IMG/VR virus record: IMGVR_UViG_3300035491_000281
Length of the DNA stretch: 64,000 nucleotides
Source: a virus
Taxonomy: Duplodnaviria; Caudoviricetes
Strand: one strand, 5' to 3'
Within the stretch, counting starts at the first letter, position 1, and each line of letters starts with the position of its first letter. Made by a program: the position numbers and the translations under genes. Of the stretch, positions 47,285-54,916 are shown piece after piece. The notes beneath the pieces are model-generated. The model did no database searches, had not been told where the DNA came from, and was given only the letters and a program-made list of their open reading frames with translations.

Positions 47285-47323
47285 ACGGCATAAGCCCTCC
47301 CCGTTTGGGGAGGGCGTTATGAC
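47285..47323. terminator. ACGGCATA palindrome
   Basis: ACGGCATAAGCCCTCCCC-GTTT-GGGGAGGGCGTTATG. Confidence 0.7.
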
Positions 47324-47716
47324 TTACAAGATCTGTTTCAGTAGTTCGAAACTACCGGTGACGATCTGCGACAGGATTTGCATTCCACCGCTGCTGACTG
47401 CTGAATCCGCGTTGAGGATCTCGGTGATGGCGACGGTCACGGCAATGAAACCGATGAAGCCCGAGAAGATCAACACCGAGGTGCGGTACGAGTCGCTGTT
47501 GCGCACACCACCAACCTGCTTCTCCAGAATCCGCTCCTGTAACGCGGTATCCGGCAGCTGATAAATCAACGACAGCAGTTCCTGCCCGTCCATTTCCAGA
47601 TTGACTGGTTTTTCACCCGGCAGGTACGCGTTCAACACCGCATGCAGGATGCGTGAGTACGGACTTTTGCGCAGAGGTTGGTCCCCCAGGTCAATCAGAA
47701 CCTCTTCGACTTTCAT
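47324..47716 (-). CDS. Membrane protein, holin candidate, 130 aa (start MKVEEV)
   Basis: GGAG RBS; overlaps the o-spanin end; C-terminal hydrophobic helix VLIFSGFIGFIAVTVAITEIL plus an amphipathic helix. Confidence 0.5.
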   Translation of the reverse strand: MKVEEVLIDLGDQPLRKSPYSRILHAVLNAYLPGEKPVNLEMDGQELLSLIYQLPDTALQERILEKQVGGVRNSDSYRTSVLIFSGFIGFIAVTVAITEILNADSAVSSGGMQILSQIVTGSFELLKQIL

Positions 47717-48029
47717 GATACTTCTTCTCCAGTTCGGCCTGACGATTGACCAACGTCTGCAACGACCGGAGTTGTCGGTTACAGTTTCCCAATTCGTCGA
47801 GTAAGTGGTTGGCGTAATCATTTAACGCAAGGGTGCGGGCTTCCCAAAGGTCGACTACCCCGGGATAACGCGGGCGCGGGTCCGTCAACTCCTCAACGGT
47901 CAGCGGAACTGGAATGTAACACTCACGGTCCAGTGCGGCTTCCACATCGCCCCACTTGGGCGGGGGCGGTAGCGGCGCAGTAGGAGTCGCGCAAGCTACC
48001 AGCAATGAGCTGCAGACGAGCAAGGTCAT
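47691..48029 (-). CDS. Outer-membrane spanin (Rz1-like lipoprotein), 112 aa
   Basis: MTLLVCSSLLVA-C lipobox; PTAPLPPPP proline run; overlaps the i-spanin 3' end in another frame. Confidence 0.75.
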   Translation of the reverse strand: MTLLVCSSLLVACATPTAPLPPPPKWGDVEAALDRECYIPVPLTVEELTDPRPRYPGVVDLWEARTLALNDYANHLLDELGNCNRQLRSLQTLVNRQAELEKKYHESRRGSD

Positions 48030-48492
48030 TCCCTTCCCCAGGTTTGACCACCGTTGCCACAGGCTCCTGGCGAGGCTTAGGCTGCGGTTTGGCAACAACC
48101 GTAGAGGTTGGGACAGGTACCGGTTCAACCACGTCAGGCATAGGCTCAGGAGCCGGCTCAGGGGTGGGCGTTGTAGTGTTCTGTTGGGTTTGAACCAGCT
48201 TGAGATATTCATGCGTAAATTCCTGCCGGCGTCGGCTTTGTTGACGAAGTTGAGCAAGCTGCTCGTCAATAAACTCGCCGACGGTTCGATTAGTGATCGC
48301 CTGACTCGCCTCTCGGTATACCAACACCCCGGTGGTGGTTTGCAGGTTGACTTCGCTGCGGGTCAGCTGCTCTTGAGTCCGATCCAGTCGTTTGTATTGC
48401 AGGTAGGCAAACACGGTCAACAGAATGAACACACCGATAAAGATGCCCTCATACCATTTCAAACCGAACCCACGTAGTAGGGTTGTAAACAT
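47923..48492 (-). CDS. Inner-membrane spanin (Rz-like), 189 aa (start MFTTLL)
   Basis: N-terminal TM IFIGVFILLTVFAYL; coiled coil; Pro-rich linker; two C-terminal Cys. Confidence 0.75.
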   Translation of the reverse strand: MFTTLLRGFGLKWYEGIFIGVFILLTVFAYLQYKRLDRTQEQLTRSEVNLQTTTGVLVYREASQAITNRTVGEFIDEQLAQLRQQSRRRQEFTHEYLKLVQTQQNTTTPTPEPAPEPMPDVVEPVPVPTSTVVAKPQPKPRQEPVATVVKPGEGNDLARLQLIAGSLRDSYCAATAPAQVGRCGSRTGP

Positions 48493-48514
48493 TCTCCATT
48501 GCTCCTTGGGCGGG

Positions 48515-49078
48515 CTAGAGCACCTGCCGCAAATAGTAGCGGGCGATGGCCACAGCATCGACGCTGTGTTCATCCAGGTCTGACAGATTAACGTGCCACC
48601 GCATATCCGGCTGTACCGAAAGTGCGCGGCGCACGTCCTCCTTATCGGACATCTTGCCCTTGGCTACCCCCACCGCCTTTTTGACACTCGGTGGGTCGAT
48701 CAGGTTGAAAGGCATATGCGGGTCGTATTCAAAGAGCACACCACGGATAGTTTGCACGCATTCCACCAACGCACTGAAGGATTGAGCAAAGCGACCCATG
48801 AAGGGGGCTTCGGCAATCACGACATGTGGGCGGAAATCGTAGAGCAAACCCCGCACGAGGTCCGCCTGTAGCTGCAGGCGGGCCACGCGACTTCCATGTA
48901 AATCAGCCGTGGACTGGTACCCCATCTGACGGTCGTTGGCCACCAGCGTGAACGCTGTGGCCACATCGATCATCGGACTTTCCAAATCCCAGTCCAGTAC
49001 TGCGATCCCCATGGTCGTGGTTCCCGGATCAATGCCTAACACCCGCAGCGGCGTCGCTTGAGGTGGGAGGATTAACAT
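48515..49078 (-). CDS. ruvC: RuvC-like Holliday junction resolvase, 187 aa
   Basis: VLGIDPGTT, IAEAPF, P..VKKAVG, KEDV, DEHSVDAVAIA. Confidence 0.9.
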   Translation of the reverse strand: MLILPPQATPLRVLGIDPGTTTMGIAVLDWDLESPMIDVATAFTLVANDRQMGYQSTADLHGSRVARLQLQADLVRGLLYDFRPHVVIAEAPFMGRFAQSFSALVECVQTIRGVLFEYDPHMPFNLIDPPSVKKAVGVAKGKMSDKEDVRRALSVQPDMRWHVNLSDLDEHSVDAVAIARYYLRQVL

Positions 49079-49087
49079 GGAACCTCC

Positions 49088-49975
49088 TTAGAGGAAGGTG
49101 GCGGCGTTAACGTCCTGCTCGCCCAGGGTCGGTTCCACCCCACCGACGTCTAGCGTGAAGGTGGCGCCATTGGTGGCGTAACCGAGCGCATGGTAGGTGG
49201 AGATGTGTACGTTGATCTGGGCGGCAATCACTTCCTTATAAGTGAAGGTTCCAGCACCGCCGCTGGACCCGGCCACTTCCTTATCCACACCAGAAACGAG
49301 AGCGATCTCGGAGATGACCGGCGAACGGGTGGAGCCCGTGCGGATCTTGTGGGCATTGAGGATTTCGGCAACGTCTTCTGCCGTCAGCTGTACCGTGACA
49401 ATGGCCGAAGCCGATTCCGACGAATTCGACCCCAGCACGACACCACTGTTGGAAATCTCCGGACGGACCGGGTTGAGGTTGTCGGTGGTCGGAGTGAACG
49501 GCGTGACTGTCGCCACCCCGTCGATGACTTCCACTCGTTGCAGCTGCGCCACTACATCGGTCATGTCGATGCGACGCAGGTAGTAGGCGAAGTAGTTACG
49601 TCCGTTGTGTACTTCCTGCACACGCAGGCCGTAGCGATCACGCAGGTGTTGCGGCAGGTCGTTGGTGACCTCGCGCAGGGCGAACGGAATCTGCCCGTAC
49701 ATCCCGGCATCGGTGGCGCGATGCGGGACTGGTACGCTTTCCGCACTACCGTCATCGGCTTGAACAGTCATGTGGCCGAGGTTACCGATGGCGAAGTAAC
49801 GCATGCTCGGCACAACCCCAACCGCCGGCTTCACCCCGGCCTGGACATCGAAGCGCTCATTGAGGGTGGTGTTGGGAATCAGCGTAAAGGGCAGGCCCAG
49901 GTTTTTGATCGTCTGCAGGTAGGTACCGTAGACTGTACGCGTGATGCCGATGATTTCTTGATCGATAGCTGGCAT
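49088..49975 (-). CDS. Virion structural protein (phiKZ gp139 position), 295 aa
   Basis: AAGGAAG RBS; NTTLNERF, YFAIGNLGH, ISEIALVSGVD motifs; adjacent to RuvC as in phiKZ. Confidence 0.7.
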   Translation of the reverse strand: MPAIDQEIIGITRTVYGTYLQTIKNLGLPFTLIPNTTLNERFDVQAGVKPAVGVVPSMRYFAIGNLGHMTVQADDGSAESVPVPHRATDAGMYGQIPFALREVTNDLPQHLRDRYGLRVQEVHNGRNYFAYYLRRIDMTDVVAQLQRVEVIDGVATVTPFTPTTDNLNPVRPEISNSGVVLGSNSSESASAIVTVQLTAEDVAEILNAHKIRTGSTRSPVISEIALVSGVDKEVAGSSGGAGTFTYKEVIAAQINVHISTYHALGYATNGATFTLDVGGVEPTLGEQDVNAATFL

Positions 49976-50006
49976 TTGGGATTACTTCCTTAAACGGATA
50001 AAAGGC

Positions 50007-50615
50007 TTACGCTACCAGATCGCCAAGGCCGTGACGCTGGCCGAGAAAATGTACGGCGCAGTGCTGGTAGAGCTCAAAAAGAGTGGTGTAGGTCATTGCC
50101 GCTTCATGACTGACCCACTGGATGGTGGAGTCGGTCGGGTAGCCTATCACACCATTGGTCAAAGAAGCCTCATAACTGAGCTGGCTGGGTTCTTTTAGCC
50201 AGTCCCGCGCTGGGGTATTGCGGCTATAGGTTTCCACCAAGTGCTTCACGGTGAGGTCAACCTCAAACACCCCTACTCCTGCCACGGTTACTCGTTTGGC
50301 CAGTCGACGCGGTTTAGGCGTTGTGGTACGTAATGTGGGATCAAGGGTGCGACCGGTCAGGAGCGCGTCGATCGCCAACGCTTCCAGCTCCTGCTGGGTA
50401 TACGGTCGATTGTCCAGCGCTAACCACCAAGTGTTGACTTCGTTGAGTTGCAGCGGTAGTGGTGCTTGGTCCAGGTCCCCGGTAGGCCAATGCCAGCCGC
50501 GAAAGAGTAGAGTACGCAGGGTTGGATGGCCCGGCTGGGTGATCACACTCATGTGCGCGATAGCGCCCAGACCCAGGTCACCCAACCGGAAATAACCTCG
50601 GGTGTTGTGTTTCAT
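50007..50615 (-). CDS. Hypothetical protein, 202 aa
   Basis: ORF fills the interval; GAGA RBS. Confidence 0.6.
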   Translation of the reverse strand: MKHNTRGYFRLGDLGLGAIAHMSVITQPGHPTLRTLLFRGWHWPTGDLDQAPLPLQLNEVNTWWLALDNRPYTQQELEALAIDALLTGRTLDPTLRTTTPKPRRLAKRVTVAGVGVFEVDLTVKHLVETYSRNTPARDWLKEPSQLSYEASLTNGVIGYPTDSTIQWVSHEAAMTYTTLFELYQHCAVHFLGQRHGLGDLVA

Positions 50616-50674
50616 GTGGCTTGTTCTCGTAGTAACAGCGTAACGCCCCGCCGGGTTAGGGCGGGGCAGTTAGC

Positions 50675-51166
50675 TTAAGGCTGGTAGCGCTCCGGTGCGC
50701 CGAGCACCATGACACAGGCCCAGAGTTGACCGTTGTCGCTGGGCTTGATCTCATGGATCTCGCTCAGGTTAAAGCCAATCCCCTCACCCTTAGGTACCGT
50801 GACGGGTTCATCGTTGATGTAGATTGCCTGGTCAGCGTGAAGCGCGTAGGCAATCGAGGTCCCCGACTGACGCTTTCCTACCCAGTAGGTCATGCGGTCC
50901 AAGAACCCTACCTCGGGGTCGAGTTCAAGGTACCAGCCTACCACCGCTTGGTCGGCCTGCTTGCTTGGGAACTGCGCTTTGAAAGCACTGCGGATGGCAT
51001 GCGGCCAGAAGAAGTAGCGACTGTAGCGGTAACGACTCAGCGCCTGCTGACCGTTCTCGCCCATGCGGCGGCGGTGCGATTCGGATTCAGTGAACTGTAC
51101 CTGATCGCGCAGACGCTGTAGGGTCGCCAACGCCTCGTCGCTCAATTTAGGGAAACGAACGTACAT
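50675..51166 (-). CDS. Degenerate 2OG-Fe(II) oxygenase-fold (DSBH) protein, 163 aa
   Basis: AAGGA RBS; aligns with the neighbour over the beta-barrel; distal His retained (IHEI), HxD replaced by MTY. Confidence 0.55.
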   Translation of the reverse strand: MYVRFPKLSDEALATLQRLRDQVQFTESESHRRRMGENGQQALSRYRYSRYFFWPHAIRSAFKAQFPSKQADQAVVGWYLELDPEVGFLDRMTYWVGKRQSGTSIAYALHADQAIYINDEPVTVPKGEGIGFNLSEIHEIKPSDNGQLWACVMVLGAPERYQP

Positions 51167-51178
51167 ACGTAGTCCTTG

Positions 51179-51724
51179 TCACTCGTAGAGATAGATGAGG
51201 ATGAAGCGCTGGTGTTTCACCGGCGGTACTTCATGCGGTGGGCTCCAAGCGGGGAACACGGTGGCACGACCCGGCTCATCCACCACAAAGGTGTCACCGA
51301 TAAACAACCCGTCGCCGTTATCGCACAGCGGAATGACCATGTTGTACCGGTATTGTGCCAAGTCGATGTGCTCGGCCATGAACGAGCCGACATCGTAGCG
51401 GTTGAACAGAGCTTCTCCCAGTTCTGTACCTTCGATCTTCGGTGCCATGGAGCGGATCAGGGCGTTGAACTCCGCAGGTTGCTGCTTGTCGCCCAGGAAG
51501 TAGTAATGTGCATCAGTGGTCCCCTTGGTGGGACGACTGAGGATCTTATTGCGGAAGAACCAGCGCGCCGGGTGCATGGCGCGGAGTTCCTCAACCAACA
51601 GATCACAGACTTCCTTAGAAAACACTTCCACCCGTTGTGGGGCGCGGTCCGTAGGCTTCATGAAGTCCGCCTTCAAGACGACGGGCTTCAGCAGCGGCTG
51701 CAGCTTCGTAGCTAATGTACTCAT
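51179..51724 (-). CDS. 2OG-Fe(II) oxygenase (start uncertain)
   Basis: NRYDVGSFMAEHID (HxD)...PHEVPPV..R (distal His and 2OG-binding Arg). Confidence 0.8.
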   Translation of the reverse strand: MSTLATKLQPLLKPVVLKADFMKPTDRAPQRVEVFSKEVCDLLVEELRAMHPARWFFRNKILSRPTKGTTDAHYYFLGDKQQPAEFNALIRSMAPKIEGTELGEALFNRYDVGSFMAEHIDLAQYRYNMVIPLCDNGDGLFIGDTFVVDEPGRATVFPAWSPPHEVPPVKHQRFILIYLYE

Positions 51725-52223
51725 AGTCAGGGCTCTCCTGATAGAAGGTCTTACGGATGGTGTTGGCACGCTTGACTTCGTCGATGTAGTTGCGCATTTC
51801 CACCAGCTGGGCGGTAGCGCTACTGAGATCGAACTCCATGCCGAACCGCTCCTTCAGCGCTGCGGTGAGATCCCGCAGTTGTTCTTCGAGTTTCAGGATG
51901 GCGGTGCCGACGATGTTTACTTGCTGGATCACCGGGTATTCCTTGGTGATCTTGTCCCGGGCTGCGGCATCGAGTTGTTCTTCGGTCATGACGATCGGCA
52001 TTTCGAGCTTGTTCTTGATCTCGAAATTGTCAGCGGTGCCGACCACCATGTCGTTCTGGAAATCGAACATCACTTCGCGGTAGACGAAGAAATCATTGTT
52101 CAGCGTTTCCGGATCGACCCACATCATCTCGGCCACCGGCTCGCCGGTGATCTTGTTGAACTGAATCAGGGCCCGGATTTTCTCACTGGGTACCGTGTAG
52201 GCTTCTGCTAATCGACGATCCAT
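51615..52223 (-). CDS. Putative tail fibre assembly/accessory protein, 202 aa
   Basis: AAGGAG RBS; directly follows a fibre gene; KITKEYP..QQ.N helical motif. Confidence 0.55.
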   Translation of the reverse strand: MDRRLAEAYTVPSEKIRALIQFNKITGEPVAEMMWVDPETLNNDFFVYREVMFDFQNDMVVGTADNFEIKNKLEMPIVMTEEQLDAAARDKITKEYPVIQQVNIVGTAILKLEEQLRDLTAALKERFGMEFDLSSATAQLVEMRNYIDEVKRANTIRKTFYQESPDYEYISYEAAAAAEARRLEGGLHEAYGPRPTTGGSVF

Positions 52224-52233
52224 GGGTTACTCC

Positions 52234-53556
52234 TTAAATGTTGACCCAGCCACCGCTCTGCCGAACGGCGCCGTAGACTTGGTTGTAGACGCTGAGATGG
52301 GCGCTCACTGAGATAGCGTAGAGCACCACCGTTCCGACCGGGTACGCGCTGATGTTCGAGTAGGTCACGTTGATGTTGTTCAACGCGGTTGCTCGGCTTG
52401 ACTGCATGCCGATGTAGAGGACCTTGTTATTGGTCTTCTCGTAGGTGTCGAAGATAGCGCGGATATCGCCCCAGGTTTTATTCCCCAGCAGCAGCTTGCT
52501 TGCACCTACGGCACCAGTACCCAGGCGCTCCGGATCAAATACGTCGTGGGTCACCAGACTGGCTTTTAACCCGCTGCGGATGGCATCGTAAACCTGCTGG
52601 TAGGTACGTCCCTGGAACAGCATCGAGTCCACCGCCGTACCATCCAACGGTAGTAGTCCGTCGATGGTGGTGTCCATCACCGCCGTGGTGTAGGCGCCGA
52701 TCTGCTCAGCGGTCACCTCATGCGGGTCGTCGTAGTCGGTCAGGTGCGCATGCAGGGCAGGGATAGCGGTGAGTTGCAGGGCTTCACCCGTACCTTTAAC
52801 CGTCATGTAGCGGTTAGTCACTGCCGGATCAATCGCATGTTCCGTTTCAGCCAGGTAGTAGTTGAACAGGTTCCCCAGACCCACCTGGACTTTAGTGACG
52901 CCGTGCGGGTTATTGTAGTTGTTGATATGCGCCGTGATCCCGGCGGTCAACACCTCAAGGGTATCCTCGGCCTCATCGAACAACACATCCCCGTAGTCTT
53001 CCTCATGAGCGACCGCCGCGGTGTCTTTGGTAAACGCCGCGCGTTTTAGCCGCTCCATTTGGTGGTTTACCGACTCTAGCCCGTACAGCTGCCAGAATTT
53101 GTGGTGGTGGGGTGCTGGGGTGTACTCATAGGGCTTCCCGGCAATGCCGGCCCAGGTCACCGCCTGGTTTTCCGCCTTAAGTGCATCCATCACGACCGCG
53201 ATATCCTCGCTGGAAAGGCTGTACCAGCCGCCAACGGCTTGATAGCTCAGAGTGACTTTGGCACTCACAGCCGGGTTGGTCACAACTAAGATACCGCAGA
53301 CTTCCTGACCGGTGACGGCCGTGAGTTCGCTGTACAGGTAAGTGGCCACATAATCCACACCAGGCGTGAGGCTGCGGCCCGTCACCCCATCGATCAGGCG
53401 TTGTTGCTCACTGCGGGAATAGAAGGCCCCGCGGCGCGGCATGATCACCCGGTGAGACCGGTTGGGTATGGTGATCAGCGTGTGCTGCTCATCCAAGACC
53501 CGGTTGGTCAGTTGCTTACCTGTCAGGTCAAGCGGTAAGAGCGTAATTTGCGTCAT
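52234..53556 (-). CDS. Tail fibre protein (NPH repeats), 440 aa
   Basis: LPLDLTG N-terminus; H..NY.NPH.VT..Q[VI]G repeats; shared YPVGT.VL..AVR..GW C-domain. Confidence 0.75.
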   Translation of the reverse strand: MTQITLLPLDLTGKQLTNRVLDEQHTLITIPNRSHRVIMPRRGAFYSRSEQQRLIDGVTGRSLTPGVDYVATYLYSELTAVTGQEVCGILVVTNPAVSAKVTLSYQAVGGWYSLSSEDIAVVMDALKAENQAVTWAGIAGKPYEYTPAPHHHKFWQLYGLESVNHQMERLKRAAFTKDTAAVAHEEDYGDVLFDEAEDTLEVLTAGITAHINNYNNPHGVTKVQVGLGNLFNYYLAETEHAIDPAVTNRYMTVKGTGEALQLTAIPALHAHLTDYDDPHEVTAEQIGAYTTAVMDTTIDGLLPLDGTAVDSMLFQGRTYQQVYDAIRSGLKASLVTHDVFDPERLGTGAVGASKLLLGNKTWGDIRAIFDTYEKTNNKVLYIGMQSSRATALNNINVTYSNISAYPVGTVVLYAISVSAHLSVYNQVYGAVRQSGGWVNI

Positions 53557-53565
53557 GTTGAATCC

Positions 53566-54912
53566 TCAGTTCGGACCCACCCAACCGCTGGCAGTACGCA
53601 CGACCGCTCCGGTGATTTGAAGGGTAGTGGTGGTGGTTCCGTTACCGTTATAATGACCCTGTTGATGCAGGAAACGCACCAGGACAATTGTTCCGACCGG
53701 GTAGGTGTTAATGTCAGCGAAGGTCTGCGCGATGTAGCTGTTGCAGTTTGCCTTCGAGCCACGATAACCCACCGTGAATACCCGCGGTGGACGGCTACTG
53801 TACTGATTAAAGAGCGTCGGTATATACGTCCAACGTTGGTCACCTGTCAGGATGTAACGGTGGTCGAAGCTACCCGCGCCCAGACGCGCCTGCGCAAACC
53901 GCTCCGACGTTACGTTCGGGGCGTGGAGGTCTTTACGGGCATTGGCATAAAGCTGCGCGTAGGTGTAACCACCTAATCGCAAGCTATTCACTGCGGTTCC
54001 GGTACGGTTCAGTCGCTGCGACAGCATCAGGGTGACGTCACGCGCCGGGTACGAGTCGACCTGCTGCGGCGTAAGGCGGTGCGGGTTCTGACGATTGGTG
54101 GTATGACGGGTAAGGTCATCACCAAAGTTAGTCTCGACGTACTGGGCGGTGCGCAACGGGGTCATCATGCGGTCATGCTGACCAATTCCCAACACCCGGG
54201 CTTCAGCTTCGGTTGCCGGTGGAATGTTGCTCAGCCGCTCCAGTTGAATCTGCACCACGTTGACGCGGTGCGGGTTCTGCTGATCGCGCATGTGATCGGC
54301 CAAGCGTTCCCACTGCGCGTTTCGCCGCGCGCGCAGTTCATCAAACCGACGGGTCAGGTCGAGAAACAGAGCTTCCATTTCACGTTGGCTGGCGTCTAGG
54401 ATCGCCTCTACCATCCGCTCAACCTGAAAACGGTACGGTTCAAAGCCGTACAGTTCCCAAAGGGCATGGGTATGACCCCCCGGGGTAAATTCCCCAGGGC
54501 GATCCTTCAGGTTTGCCCACTTCACCGCCCGTGTATCGCTCAGCAGGCCACGCGCCAGTTCGATGATGGCAGGAGCCACACTGGTGAATTCCCCGCCGAC
54601 CATCTGGGCATCGATGTAGAGATGGCTGGTGACTCGTGGGTTCAGGATCACGATCACACTGCAGACTTCCCGCCCACTCAAGCCTGACGCTTTGGCGTTC
54701 AAGCCGGTGAACTGATAGTCGCCAGCCTTGAGGCGGTACCCGGTATTGTCCCGCAGTTGGACGTCGTCGGTGTAAAAACAGCCATGCTCCAAACCAAACG
54801 CCCGCATGGGTTTATCGGCGAGCGCACTGAGGTCATGGTACTCACCCAACACCCGATTGTCGGGGTTGGTTGCCGTCAAGTCCAACGGCAACGCTTGCAA
54901 TAAAGGATTCAT
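53566..54912 (-). CDS. Tail fibre protein (NPH repeats), 448 aa
   Basis: Same architecture as 52234. Confidence 0.75.
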   Translation of the reverse strand: MNPLLQALPLDLTATNPDNRVLGEYHDLSALADKPMRAFGLEHGCFYTDDVQLRDNTGYRLKAGDYQFTGLNAKASGLSGREVCSVIVILNPRVTSHLYIDAQMVGGEFTSVAPAIIELARGLLSDTRAVKWANLKDRPGEFTPGGHTHALWELYGFEPYRFQVERMVEAILDASQREMEALFLDLTRRFDELRARRNAQWERLADHMRDQQNPHRVNVVQIQLERLSNIPPATEAEARVLGIGQHDRMMTPLRTAQYVETNFGDDLTRHTTNRQNPHRLTPQQVDSYPARDVTLMLSQRLNRTGTAVNSLRLGGYTYAQLYANARKDLHAPNVTSERFAQARLGAGSFDHRYILTGDQRWTYIPTLFNQYSSRPPRVFTVGYRGSKANCNSYIAQTFADINTYPVGTIVLVRFLHQQGHYNGNGTTTTTLQITGAVVRTASGWVGPN

Positions 54913-54916
54913 CGTC

